A DNA stretch of 42,190 nt from Gemmatimonadales bacterium (GTDB lineage Bacteria; Gemmatimonadota; Gemmatimonadetes; Gemmatimonadales; GWC2-71-9), in NCBI GenBank assembly GCA_030699545.1, contig JAUYMC010000029.1, forward strand, positions 1 through 42,190, in the 5' to 3' direction. The position numbers and the translations under genes are program-made. Numbering within the stretch: position 1 is the stretch's first letter; every line of letters begins with the position of its first letter. A model generated the notes under the pieces. It saw only the letters and a list, made by a program, of their open reading frames with translations, was not told where the DNA came from and did not search any database. Below, piece by piece: positions 10,389-20,212 of this stretch.

Positions 10389-11818
10389 AGACCGACCTCT
10401 TCATTAATAACGAGTGGCGCCCCGCCACGTCCGGGAAACGGTTTCCCGTCGTCAATCCCGCGACGGAAGAAGTGCTGGCCGAAGTCGCGGCCGGAGACGC
10501 CGCCGACGTCGATACCGCGGTGCGGGCGGCGAAGGCCTGCTTTGAATCGCAAGCGTGGCGGGAGATGTCGGGGAGGAAGAGAGGGACACTCCTCTTTAAA
10601 GCGGCAGATCTGCTCGAAGCCCGGCTCGACGAAGTCGCCCGGCTGGAGACAGCACAGAACGGCAAGACGCTGTTCGAGTCGAAGATCGAAATCGGCATGG
10701 TGGTCAACACGCTGCGGTATTACGCAGGGTGGGCCGACAAGATCACGGGCGACACGCTGCCCGTCGAAGGGCCGTTCTTCACGTACACCCTGCGCGAGCC
10801 GATCGGCGTCGTCGGGGCGATCGTCCCCTGGAACTTTCCGCTGAACATCGCCAGCTGGAAATTCGCCCCCGCCCTCGCCGCCGGCTGCACGATGGTCCTC
10901 AAACCCGCCTCGGAGACGCCCCTCACCGCCCTGCTCTTCGCCGAGATCGCGCTCGAAGCGGGGCTGCCGGCGGGGGCCTTCAACGTCATCGCTGGCGGCG
11001 GGTCGACCGCGGGCGCCGCGCTCGTGCGCCATCCCGACGTGGACAAGATCTCGTTCACCGGCTCGACGGAAATCGGCCGCCAGATCATGAAGACGGCCGC
11101 CGACACGAACAAGCGCGTGACGCTCGAGCTGGGCGGCAAGAGCCCCAACATCATCTTTGCCGACGCCGATCTGAAAGCCGCCGTCCGCGGCGCCCAGACC
11201 GGCATTTTTTACGGCAAGGGGGAAGTCTGCGCGGCGGGGTCACGGCTCCTGGTCGAGAAGTCCGTGCATGCGCAGGTGATCGAGCAGCTCGCCGAGGGCG
11301 CCAAGAAGCTGACGCCCGGAGATCCCCTCGATAAGAACACCCGCATGGGGGCCCTCGTCTCCAAGAAGCAGCAGGAGACGGTCCTCTCCTACATCCAGAA
11401 GGGTGTGGACGAAGGAGCCCGGCTGGTGGCCGGCGGCAAAGCGGCGAAGCCCAACGGTAGGGGCTACTACGTGGAAGCGACGGTCTTCGACGCCGTGCAG
11501 CCCGAGATGACGATCGCGCGCGAAGAGATCTTCGGCCCGGTGCTGGCCGTGCTGACGTTCGACGACTTCGAGCAGGGCGTGCAGCTCGCGAACCAGACGA
11601 TCTACGGCCTCGCGGCGGGCATCTGGACGAAGGACATCCAGAAGGCCCATCGAACGGCCAAAGCGATCCGCGCCGGCACGGTGTGGATCAATTCGTACAA
11701 CTCCTACGATTCGGGGGCGCCGTTCGGCGGCTTCAAGGCGTCTGGATTCGGGCGTGACCTGGGCCGCGAAGCGATCGAGGGATATCTCGAGACCAAGACT
11801 GTGTGGGTCGCATTGTGA
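10385..11818 (+). CDS. NAD(P)-dependent aldehyde dehydrogenase
   Basis: IVPWNFP, FTGSTEIG, LELGGKSP, GEVCAAGSR, EEIFGPV and PFGGFKASG. GTG start at 10385 overlaps the upstream stop. Confidence 0.95.
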   Translation: MKTDLFINNEWRPATSGKRFPVVNPATEEVLAEVAAGDAADVDTAVRAAKACFESQAWREMSGRKRGTLLFKAADLLEARLDEVARLETAQNGKTLFESKIEIGMVVNTLRYYAGWADKITGDTLPVEGPFFTYTLREPIGVVGAIVPWNFPLNIASWKFAPALAAGCTMVLKPASETPLTALLFAEIALEAGLPAGAFNVIAGGGSTAGAALVRHPDVDKISFTGSTEIGRQIMKTAADTNKRVTLELGGKSPNIIFADADLKAAVRGAQTGIFYGKGEVCAAGSRLLVEKSVHAQVIEQLAEGAKKLTPGDPLDKNTRMGALVSKKQQETVLSYIQKGVDEGARLVAGGKAAKPNGRGYYVEATVFDAVQPEMTIAREEIFGPVLAVLTFDDFEQGVQLANQTIYGLAAGIWTKDIQKAHRTAKAIRAGTVWINSYNSYDSGAPFGGFKASGFGRDLGREAIEGYLETKTVWVAL

Positions 11819-12990
11819 CGGAAGCCTTCATCACGGCCGCGCTGCGCACGCCCGTCGGAAGGCACGGTGGGTCGCTTGCCGGCGTGCGCCCGGATGACCT
11901 CGCGGCAGTTGCGATAAAGGCGGTCGTCGAGCGAGCGAACGTCGATCCGTTGACCATTGACGATGTCATTCTCGGGTGTGCTAATCAGGCGGGCGAAGAC
12001 AACCGCAACGTCGCCCGGATGGCGCTGTTGCTCGCGGGCCTTCCGGTGGAAGTGCCGGGTCAGACAGTGAACCGGCTGTGCGGCTCCGGGCTGCAGGCGG
12101 TCGCCAGCGCCGCGCAGGCGATCAAGGCGGGCGAGGGCACGACGTTCATCGCCGGCGGCGTGGAGAGCATGACGCGGGCGCCGTACGTGATGCTCAAACC
12201 GGGCGAGCCGTGGAGCCGCCGGACCCCCGAAGTGGCGGACACGACCGTCGGCTGGCGCTTCACCAATCCCCGCTTGAAGACAGCATGGACCATCCCGCTC
12301 GGCGAGACGGCGGAGGTCGTGGCGGCGCGATACAAGATCAGTCGTGCCGAGCAGGATGCGTTTGCCGTGGAGAGCCAGCGGCGGGCCGAGCAGGCCCTGC
12401 GGGACTGCGTTTTCACCGACGAGATCGTGCCGGTGCCCCTGCCCGACGGGTCGATGTTCGCGAAAGACGAATACCCGCGGGCAGGGACCACGCTCGAGTC
12501 GGTCGCGAGGCTCAAACCGGCCTTCAAGAAGGATGGCACGGTCACGGCGGCGAGCGCGAGCGGCATCAACGATGGCGCGGCGGCGCTCCTGGTAACGGCC
12601 GTCCGGCCGTCCGGCCGTCCGGCCGTTGCCCGAATCGTCACGACCGCCGTGGCGGGCGTGGATCCGAGCTGCATGGGTCTGGGACCGATCCCCGCCACGA
12701 ACAAGGCGCTCGCGCGTGCGGGCCTGACGATCGATCAAATCGACCTCGTCGAGCTGAACGAGGCCTTCGCGGCCCAGGCGATCGCGTGCATCCGCGAGCT
12801 CCGGCTCGATCCCGCCAAGGTCAACATCTACGGCGGCGGCATCGCGCTCGGCCATCCGCTCGGTTGCACGGGCGCGAAGTTGTTAACGACTCTCGTTCAC
12901 GCCTTACATCGTACGAAGTCTTCCTACGGTTTATGCACCATGTGCATCGGCGTCGGCCAGGGCATCGCCATGATCGTGGCGCGCGTCTGA
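11815..12990 (+). CDS. Thiolase (PcaF/PaaJ-like 3-oxoadipyl-CoA thiolase)
   Basis: GCANQAGEDNRNVARM, NRLCGSGL, NEAFAAQ, GHPLG, MCIGVGQG. Confidence 0.92.
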   Translation: MTEAFITAALRTPVGRHGGSLAGVRPDDLAAVAIKAVVERANVDPLTIDDVILGCANQAGEDNRNVARMALLLAGLPVEVPGQTVNRLCGSGLQAVASAAQAIKAGEGTTFIAGGVESMTRAPYVMLKPGEPWSRRTPEVADTTVGWRFTNPRLKTAWTIPLGETAEVVAARYKISRAEQDAFAVESQRRAEQALRDCVFTDEIVPVPLPDGSMFAKDEYPRAGTTLESVARLKPAFKKDGTVTAASASGINDGAAALLVTAVRPSGRPAVARIVTTAVAGVDPSCMGLGPIPATNKALARAGLTIDQIDLVELNEAFAAQAIACIRELRLDPAKVNIYGGGIALGHPLGCTGAKLLTTLVHALHRTKSSYGLCTMCIGVGQGIAMIVARV

Positions 12991-13727
12991 TGGCGGCCTT
13001 TGAGCGCGTGCTGGTGGAAATCGCCGATGGGATCGGGACGATCACGCTCAACCGGCCCGACAAGCTCAACGCGGTGGATCCGGAGACCTGCGAAGACCTG
13101 ATCGCGGCCCTGCGCATGCTGGCCGGGGCCGAGGCCGTGCGGGTCATGATCATCACGGGGGCGGGCCGGGCTTTCTGCGCCGGAGCCGATCTGCGCATCC
13201 TCGAGGCGCAGGGACCGGCCTTGGTGGCGGCGGGTAAAGAAATTGCGCTCACGATCCGGGCCGCTCCCAAGCCGGTGCTGGCGGCGGTGAATGGGACGGC
13301 CGCGGGAGGAGGCGCCAATCTGGCGCTGGCGTGCGACTACCGCCTCGCGTCGGATGGCGCGTCGATCGGCCAGGTGTTTCACAAGCTCGGCTTGGGCCTC
13401 GATTGGGGTGGCGCGTACTTCCTGCCGCGGCTCGCCGGCGTGTCGAAGTCGCTCGAGCTCGTGTGGAGCGCGCGCATGGTCCCGGCTGCCGAAGCGCTCG
13501 CGCTGGGGCTGTTCGATCGCGTGGTCCCCGCCGCCGATCTCGCGGCGGAGGCGAGGGCCCTGGCCGGACGCTGGGCGGCGATGCCGCCGCTCGCCGTCCG
13601 CAAGACGAAGGACGCGCTGTACCGGTCCGAGCGCAGCACGCTCGCCGCCATGCTGGATATCGAAATCGCCGATCAAACCGAGCTCTTTGCCACCGCCGAA
13701 GCGCGCCAACTGATGAGGAGCCGCTGA
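12990..13727 (+). CDS. Crotonase-family isomerase/hydratase (PaaG-like)
   Basis: GRAFCAGADL, AAGGGANLALACD, FHKLGLGLDWGG (Asp-type active site like PaaG). ATG at 12990. Confidence 0.8.
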   Translation: MAAFERVLVEIADGIGTITLNRPDKLNAVDPETCEDLIAALRMLAGAEAVRVMIITGAGRAFCAGADLRILEAQGPALVAAGKEIALTIRAAPKPVLAAVNGTAAGGGANLALACDYRLASDGASIGQVFHKLGLGLDWGGAYFLPRLAGVSKSLELVWSARMVPAAEALALGLFDRVVPAADLAAEARALAGRWAAMPPLAVRKTKDALYRSERSTLAAMLDIEIADQTELFATAEARQLMRSR

Positions 13728-14848
13728 TGGTCCGCAAACTCCACAACTTCGACGACTGGATCGACTACTTCCGCTACTGGCAGGATTCCATCGGGCTGCC
13801 GCAGGGCGATCTTCGCAAATACTCCTTCGACGCCAAGTTCGGCGATCCCGAGGTACCGCACATCGAGTTCGGCCATTACAAGGGTAACCGCAAGTGGCCG
13901 ACGGTGATGCACATCCCCGATCAGCGCATCCGGGATGCGCTGCTCAATCTCATCGTCTATCAGGGCGACACCGAGTTCGCTTCGGTCGAGCAGCAGCGCA
14001 ACCTGCTCCATCACGCGCCCTCCGACTACGACCTGCTGTCGCTGCAGCGCGTGATGACCGAGGAGATGCGCCACGGCTGGCAGATGTCGTATCTGCTGTG
14101 CCAGCATTTCGGCGACGAGGGCAAGCGCGAAGCCGCCAAGTTGCTGGAGCGCCGCGCCGACGAAGGCGAGCGGCTGCTCGGCTCGTTCAACGAGATCGTC
14201 GACAACTGGCTCGACTTCTTCACCTACACGCAGTACATCGACCGCGACGGCAAGTTCCAGCTCAAGATGCTGTCGGTGTCGAGCTTCGATCCGCTCGCGC
14301 GCTCGATGGGGCCGATGCTGAAAGAGGAGTCCTACCACCTCGGTACGGGCAACAACGGCCTGCTGCGCATCGTGAAGGCGGGCAAGATGCCGCCGGACGT
14401 CATCCAGCGGTTCTTCTACAAGTGGATTCCGACCGCGTTCGACCTGTTCGGGACCGACAACTCGTCGTCCGCGCACTGGGCCTACGTCTGGGGCCTCAAG
14501 GGCCGCTACGACGAGCGGGAGAACGTGCAGGAACCGGACAAGGCGAAGCTCAACGAGTACGCCCGGGGTCTCTATCGCCAGGAGATCGTCAAGCTCATCG
14601 AGCGGCTCAACATGTTCATCCCCGAGCGCGAACGGCAGCTGAAGGTGCCCGATCTCAAGTTCAACCGCCGGATCGGCCTGCACGCGCACCAGTATTTCAC
14701 GGTGGACGGAGAGCCGATCGACGCCGCGAAGTATCCGGCGTATCTGGCGGAGGTCCTCCCCCGTCCCGAGGACATCGCGATCGTGCACGACATCGAACGA
14801 GAGCCGGACTGGATCGAGCCCAAGAAAGCGGACAGCCGAGAGCAGTGA
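13727..14848 (+). CDS. boxB: BoxB-like di-iron aryl-CoA epoxidase subunit (short form)
   Basis: QGDTEFASVEQQ, EEMRHGWQM (ExxH), IDRDGKFQL, SFDPLARS and EESYH (ExxH) match the BoxB/PaaA ferritin-like motifs. ATG at 13727. Confidence 0.8.
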   Translation: MVRKLHNFDDWIDYFRYWQDSIGLPQGDLRKYSFDAKFGDPEVPHIEFGHYKGNRKWPTVMHIPDQRIRDALLNLIVYQGDTEFASVEQQRNLLHHAPSDYDLLSLQRVMTEEMRHGWQMSYLLCQHFGDEGKREAAKLLERRADEGERLLGSFNEIVDNWLDFFTYTQYIDRDGKFQLKMLSVSSFDPLARSMGPMLKEESYHLGTGNNGLLRIVKAGKMPPDVIQRFFYKWIPTAFDLFGTDNSSSAHWAYVWGLKGRYDERENVQEPDKAKLNEYARGLYRQEIVKLIERLNMFIPERERQLKVPDLKFNRRIGLHAHQYFTVDGEPIDAAKYPAYLAEVLPRPEDIAIVHDIEREPDWIEPKKADSREQ

Positions 14849-15534
14849 AGCCGCTCGTCATCGCGCACCGGGGCGCCTCCGGCATCGAGCTGGAGAACTC
14901 CCTTGCCGCCCTGCGCGCCGCCGGTCCGCAGGGCGCCGATGGCGTGGAGCTCGACGTCCACGCGACCGCGGACGGGGAGCTGATCGTCCACCACGACGGC
15001 ATCATCGGCGACGTGCAGATCCCCCTCGTGCGCGCGCGCGAGGTCATGGCGTTGCGGCTCTCGAACGGCGAGCCGCTGCCGACGCTGGCGCAGGCCCTGG
15101 ACACCATCGGGCCGCGGCTCGAGGTCTTCGTCGAGGTGAAGACACTCGATCCCAAGTGGGACGATCAGCTGCTCGCCACGCTCGACCGCGGTCCGAACCC
15201 GCATGGCTACGCCGTGCACAGCTTTGCCTTCCACGTCGTCCGCCGGCTGGGCGAGAAGCGGCCGGACCTTCCGCGGGGCCTGTTGTCGGAGGTTTACACG
15301 AAGATGCCGCGGAAATCGCTCCAGGACGCCGCGGCGAATACGCTGTGGCAGGAACGTGCGACCGTCGATGAGCCGCTGATCCGCACCGTCCAGGCGATCG
15401 GCGCCCGGGTGTTCGTCTGGACAGTGGACGATCCGGCGGAGATGTCGCAGCTCATCGGGTGGGGCGCGGACGGGATCTGCACCAACTACCCCGATCGGGC
15501 CCGCCAGGCCGTGGACAAGATTCAGGCAGCATGA
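14845..15534 (+). CDS. Glycerophosphodiester phosphodiesterase family protein
   Basis: IAHRGAS, ENSL, VELDVH, IVHHD, VEVK, WTVDD, GICTNYP. GTG at 14845. Confidence 0.9.
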   Translation: MKPLVIAHRGASGIELENSLAALRAAGPQGADGVELDVHATADGELIVHHDGIIGDVQIPLVRAREVMALRLSNGEPLPTLAQALDTIGPRLEVFVEVKTLDPKWDDQLLATLDRGPNPHGYAVHSFAFHVVRRLGEKRPDLPRGLLSEVYTKMPRKSLQDAAANTLWQERATVDEPLIRTVQAIGARVFVWTVDDPAEMSQLIGWGADGICTNYPDRARQAVDKIQAA

Positions 15535-16406
15535 CGCCCACACCCGCCGTCCGCCACGTGGCCGTCGTGGGGGCGGGCACGATGGGCCATGGCATCGCCT
15601 ACGTCGTCGCCGCCGCCGGATGCAGCGTGTGCCTGACCGATGCCCGCGCCGACGCCCTGCCCCAGGCGCGCGAGCGCATCGAAGCGCTGCTCGCCGGCGG
15701 GCTGAAACGCGGCAGGCTGACGGCCGATGACCAGGCCGGGATCCGCGCGCGTGTGCAGCTCGAGCCCGATCTCGACAGCGCCGTGACCGGCGCGGATGCC
15801 GTGATCGAAGCGGTTGTGGAGGATCTCCCGCTCAAGCAGCAGCTGTTTGCGCGCGTCGAGCAGGCGGCGAGCGCCGATGCGCTGCTCGTCACGAACACGT
15901 CATCGCTGTCGATTGCCCGCATCGCCACCGGCATGCGGGCGCCCGCGCGCCTGGTCGGGATGCACTTCTTCAATCCCGTGCATCAGATGAAGCTGGTCGA
16001 GATCGTCACGCACGGTGCCGAGGGAAGCTCAGCGGTGGCCGCCGAGCGCGCCGCCGCGTTCGCGCGCCAGCTCGGCAAGGAGCCGATCGTCGTGCGCGAC
16101 TCGCCAGGTTTCGCGTCGAGCCGCCTCGGCGTCGTGCTGGGACTCGAGGCGATGCGGATGCTCGAGCAGGGCGTGGCCAGCGCCGAGGACATCGACAAAG
16201 CGATGGAGCTGGGCTACAACCATCCGCTGGGGCCGCTCAAGCTCACCGATCTCGTGGGCCTCGATGTCCGGCTCGCGATCGCCGAGTACCTGCACGCGAT
16301 GCTCGGGGGACCGCAGTACGAGCCGCCGAAGATCCTGCGCGAGAAGGTGAAGAAGGGCGAGCTGGGGAAGAAGACGAGAAAGGGGTTCTACACCTGGAGC
16401 GACTGA
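15531..16406 (+). CDS. 3-hydroxyacyl-CoA dehydrogenase (PaaH/Hbd-like)
   Basis: VVGAGTMGHGIA, EAVVED, TNTSSLSI, GMHFFNPV, DIDKAMELGYNHPLGP, GKKTRKGFY. Confidence 0.93.
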   Translation: MTPTPAVRHVAVVGAGTMGHGIAYVVAAAGCSVCLTDARADALPQARERIEALLAGGLKRGRLTADDQAGIRARVQLEPDLDSAVTGADAVIEAVVEDLPLKQQLFARVEQAASADALLVTNTSSLSIARIATGMRAPARLVGMHFFNPVHQMKLVEIVTHGAEGSSAVAAERAAAFARQLGKEPIVVRDSPGFASSRLGVVLGLEAMRMLEQGVASAEDIDKAMELGYNHPLGPLKLTDLVGLDVRLAIAEYLHAMLGGPQYEPPKILREKVKKGELGKKTRKGFYTWSD

Positions 16407-17272
16407 CCCGTATCACCGATGTCCACGTCCACATCCAGCCCTGGCGCCAGCTCAAGCCGCAGGTCCAGGACGCGATGCGCAAAGGGAAGGAAGCCCATTG
16501 GGAGCGGCTGATCTCCCTGATGGACGACCCGCGCGCCCTGCTCGAAGTGATGGACCAGTCGGGCGTCTGGCGCGTGGGTCTCGTCAACTATCCGAGCCCC
16601 GACGTCATGGGATTCGACGACTCCACCAACACCTTCGCCGCAAAGTACGCCCGGGCGAACCCCGAGCGGCTGTTGCCCTACGGCGGCGTGCATGCGCGCG
16701 ACACGACGGACCCGGCGGGGGATGTCGACCGGCTCGTCGACCTCGGCATTCGGCTGCTCAAAATCCACCCGCCCCATCAGGGCTTTCCGGCGAATGCCTA
16801 CACGGACGGCCTGGACGCCCTGGGCGCCATCTACCGGCGCTGCGAGGAGCGGCGACTTCCGGTGATGGTGCATACCGGCACGTCCATCTTCCCGGGCGCG
16901 CGATCGAAGTACGGCAATCCGATGGAGCTGGACGACGTGGCGATCGATTTCCCCGACCTGCGCCTCGTCATGGCGCACGGCGGCCGGCCCCTCTACATGG
17001 AAGAAGCGTTTTTCATTCTGCGACGGCACGCGAGCATCCGGCTCGATGTGTCGGGCATTCCCCCGCTCAGATTGTTGGACTACTTTCCCCGCCTCGTCGA
17101 GATCGGCGACCGGGTGCTGTGGGGCACCGACTGGCCCAGCCCGGGCGTCAAGGACCTGCGCCAGAACATCGAGCAGTTCCTCACGCTGCCGCTGAGTGAC
17201 GCGCACCGGCGGGCGATCCTCGAGACCAACGCCGCAGCCTTGTTTCCCATGGAGCCTCTTGATCATGCGTAG
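16403..17272 (+). CDS. Amidohydrolase_2 family metal-dependent hydrolase/decarboxylase, probable CTG start
   Basis: In-frame sequence upstream of ATG 16475 encodes LTRITDVHVH (metal-binding HxH). Downstream motifs are KIHP, VHTG, MAHGG and WGTDWP. Confidence 0.85.
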   Translation: MTRITDVHVHIQPWRQLKPQVQDAMRKGKEAHWERLISLMDDPRALLEVMDQSGVWRVGLVNYPSPDVMGFDDSTNTFAAKYARANPERLLPYGGVHARDTTDPAGDVDRLVDLGIRLLKIHPPHQGFPANAYTDGLDALGAIYRRCEERRLPVMVHTGTSIFPGARSKYGNPMELDDVAIDFPDLRLVMAHGGRPLYMEEAFFILRRHASIRLDVSGIPPLRLLDYFPRLVEIGDRVLWGTDWPSPGVKDLRQNIEQFLTLPLSDAHRRAILETNAAALFPMEPLDHA

Positions 17273-17612
17273 CCTCTTGCTCCCGGTCTTCCTCCTGCTC
17301 CCCCTCGGACTGTCCGCCCAGGATTCGGCGCGCGCGGGCTGGATCCAGTTCGAGCAGTTCACGCTGCCCAACGGGTTGCAGGTCATTTACTCCGAGGACC
17401 ATTCGACGCCCATAGGCGTCGGCAAGGTGATGACCGTGACCGTGGCGGGCGTCGAGACGGTGACAGTGCCGGCGGGAACGTTCACCGCGTACCGGCTCGA
17501 GCTCGAAGGCATGCAGCTGCCGGTGGTGATCCACGTGAGCACCACCACGCCGCGCCGCGTGCTGCGGATCTCGCCCACGGGCGCGCCCATCGTCTTTCAA
17601 CTCGTGAAGTAG
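17265..17612 (+). pseudogene. Internally deleted M16 (insulinase-like) peptidase: first residues fused in frame to a C-terminal beta domain
   Basis: Signal peptide plus FEQFTLPNGLQVIYSEDHSTPI (M16 N-terminus) joined directly to VTVAGVETVTVPAGTFTAYRLEL (DUF3108-like). There is no HxxEH motif. Confidence 0.6.
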
Positions 17613-17622
17613 AGGACCTCTC

Positions 17623-18996
17623 ATGCGACTGTATTTGGCAAGCGCGCTGCTCCTCCTCGCGGCCGCGTGCGCTTCGGGCGGGCGGTCGGCGCCCCCCCCG
17701 GCCGCGGCCCCCCAGGATACGACCGATCGGCCCCCGTACGCCTCGACGTATCAGCGACGGCCCAACCAGCCGGTCCTGATCCGGAACGCCACCATCATGA
17801 CGGCCGCCGGCCAGGAGATCGCCGCCGGTTCGATCCTGCTGCGCGACGGCCGGATCGTGGCGGTCGGCGCGACGGTGGACGCGCCGGGCGACGCGACGGT
17901 GGTCGACGGCACCGGCAAGTGGGTCACGCCCGGCCTCATCGACACCCACTCGCACCTGGGCGTCTACGCGGCGCCCAGCACGCCGGCGGAGTCGGACGGC
18001 AACGAGGCCACGAGCCCGGTCACCGCGGAGGTGTGGGCGGAGCATTCGGTCTGGCCCCAGGATCCCCAGATCCCCCTCGCGATCGCCGGCGGGATCACGA
18101 CGATCCAGGCCCTGCCGGGCTCGGCGAATCTGGTGGGCGGGCGCAGCGCGGTCCTGAGGCTCGTGCCGGCGCGCTCGGTGCAGGAGATGAAATTCCCCGG
18201 CGCCCGTTATGGCGTGAAGATGGCGTGCGGCGAGAATCCCAAGCGCGTCTACGGCAGCCGCGGCGGCCCCTCGACCCGCATGGGCAACATGGCGGGGTAT
18301 CGCAATGCCTTCATCGCGGCGCAGAACTACCGCCGCCGCTGGGACAAGTGGATCAAGGATCATCAGGGCGATCCTCCCGACCGGAACCTCCGCAACGAAA
18401 CGCTGGCGGAGGTGTTGCGCGGCAACATCTACGTCCAGAACCACTGCTATCGCGCCGATGAGATGATGCAGATGCTCGATCTCGCGCGGGAGTTCGGCTT
18501 CAAGATCCGCTCGTTCCACCATGCGGTGGAGGCGTACAAGATCGCCGACGCGCTGGCGCGCGAGGGCACCGCGGCCTCCGTCTGGGCCGACTGGTGGGGC
18601 TTCAAGGAAGAGGCGATGGACGGCATTCACGAGAACGCCGCGCTGCTCCAACAGGCGGGCGCGCGGCCCGTGATTCACTCCGATTCCGAGTCGGGGATTC
18701 AGCGCCTCAATCAGGAAGCCGCCAAGGCGATGTACGCGGGCCAGCGGGCCGGCATTGCGGTGACCCGCGACCAGGCGCTGCGGTGGATTACGGCGAATGC
18801 GGCGTGGGTCCTGGGGATCGACTCGGTGACCGGAACGCTGGAAGCGGGCAAGATGGCGGACGTGGTGGTGTGGTCGCACGATCCGTTCTCGGTGTACGCC
18901 CGCGCGCTGCAGGTCTACAACGACGGCTGGCTCGTGTACGATCGCAACGATCCGAGCCACCAACCGCGAACCGATTTCATGCTGGGGCGCCCATGA
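17623..18996 (+). CDS. Exported amidohydrolase (imidazolonepropionase-like), lipoprotein
   Basis: Lipobox LLAAC, TPGLIDTHSHLG, KMACGENPKRVY, HCYRAD, IHSD, GTLEAGKMADVVVW. Confidence 0.9.
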   Translation: MRLYLASALLLLAAACASGGRSAPPPAAAPQDTTDRPPYASTYQRRPNQPVLIRNATIMTAAGQEIAAGSILLRDGRIVAVGATVDAPGDATVVDGTGKWVTPGLIDTHSHLGVYAAPSTPAESDGNEATSPVTAEVWAEHSVWPQDPQIPLAIAGGITTIQALPGSANLVGGRSAVLRLVPARSVQEMKFPGARYGVKMACGENPKRVYGSRGGPSTRMGNMAGYRNAFIAAQNYRRRWDKWIKDHQGDPPDRNLRNETLAEVLRGNIYVQNHCYRADEMMQMLDLAREFGFKIRSFHHAVEAYKIADALAREGTAASVWADWWGFKEEAMDGIHENAALLQQAGARPVIHSDSESGIQRLNQEAAKAMYAGQRAGIAVTRDQALRWITANAAWVLGIDSVTGTLEAGKMADVVVWSHDPFSVYARALQVYNDGWLVYDRNDPSHQPRTDFMLGRP

Positions 18997-20201
18997 TCGC
19001 CATTCTGCTCGCACAGACCATCGCCATCACGGGCGGCACGGTCTATCCCGTGTCGGGTCCCAAGATCGACCACGCGACCGTGCTGATCCGCGATGGCCGG
19101 ATCGTCGCGGTCGGCACGAATGTCGCCGTTCCCGCGGGCGCGACGCGGATCGATGCCGCCGGCACGTGGGTCACGCCCGGGTTGATCGACGGCGGCGGCC
19201 AGCTGGGATTGACGGAAATCGGGGCGGTGCAAGGCACGAATGACGGCGGGCTGCGTGACAGCGCGGTGGCGGCGTCGTTCAACGTGAGTGAGGGGCTGAA
19301 CCCCGCTTCGGTGCTGATTCCTGTGACGCGAATCGAGGGCGTCACCACCGCCCTCGCCGCGCCGTCGGGGAATTTCCTGCGCGGGCAGGCGGTGCTGATC
19401 GACCTCGACGGCCGCACGATCGAAGCGATGGTGATCAAGTCACCCGTCGGGATGGTCGTGAATCTCAATGAGAACAGTAAGGGCGCCGGCGGCGGCTCGC
19501 GGGCCGGCGCGGCGGCGCGACTGCGGCGGGTGCTCACCGACGCGCGCATCTACGCCCAACGACGCAACGACTTTCAGCGGGCGCAGATCCAGCCGCTGTC
19601 CGCGTCCGCGGCGGACCTCGAAGCCTTGCAGCCGGTGCTGCGCGGCGAGGTCCCGCTCATCGCGGTCGCCAACCGTCAGAGCGACATCGCGACGGCGCTG
19701 CGGATCGCCCGCGAATTCCGTCTGCGCCTGATTCTGGCGGGCGCGGCGGAGGGGTGGCAGATCGCCGACCAGATCGCCGCCGCCGGCGTCCCCGTCATGG
19801 TGCAGGCGATGGACAACGTCCCCACCTACGACGGTCTGGGCATCCGCTACGAGAACGCGGCGCTGCTCGCCAAGGCGGGCGTGAAAGTCGTGTTGATGGA
19901 AACCGACACACACAACTCGCGTAACCTGCGCCAGCAGGCGGGGAACGCCGTGTCGTACGGGATGGCGTGGGAGCAGGCGCTGCGCTCGGTGACGCTCACG
20001 ACGGCCGAGGTATTCGGCGTCGCGGACCGCTACGGCTCGCTCGAGCCGGGCAAGGTCGCCAACGTCGTGGTCTGGAGCGGCGACCCCTTCGAGTTCGCGA
20101 CGGGGGTCGAGCACGTCTACATCCGGGGCCGGGAGATTCCGTTGCGGAGCCGGCAGACGGAGCTGCTGGAGCGCTACAAGACGCTGCCGCCGAGGTACTA
20201 G
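18993..20201 (+). CDS. Second, paired amidohydrolase-family protein (metal ligands degenerate)
   Basis: IAITGGTVYPV, TPGLIDGGGQLG (no HxH), GSLEPGKVANVVVWSGDPFE. ATG 18993 is coupled to the upstream gene. Confidence 0.85.
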   Translation: MIAILLAQTIAITGGTVYPVSGPKIDHATVLIRDGRIVAVGTNVAVPAGATRIDAAGTWVTPGLIDGGGQLGLTEIGAVQGTNDGGLRDSAVAASFNVSEGLNPASVLIPVTRIEGVTTALAAPSGNFLRGQAVLIDLDGRTIEAMVIKSPVGMVVNLNENSKGAGGGSRAGAAARLRRVLTDARIYAQRRNDFQRAQIQPLSASAADLEALQPVLRGEVPLIAVANRQSDIATALRIAREFRLRLILAGAAEGWQIADQIAAAGVPVMVQAMDNVPTYDGLGIRYENAALLAKAGVKVVLMETDTHNSRNLRQQAGNAVSYGMAWEQALRSVTLTTAEVFGVADRYGSLEPGKVANVVVWSGDPFEFATGVEHVYIRGREIPLRSRQTELLERYKTLPPRY

Positions 20202-20212
20202 GGGAACTACCG

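Noticed and set aside
9950-15534. Apparent long N-terminal extensions or fusions in the ORF track (9950, 12078, 13331, 13894; also 7916-8836, 18594, 22659, 26365)
   Set aside because: The extensions overlap upstream genes in other frames; the real starts coincide with stop/start overlaps or Shine-Dalgarno sites.
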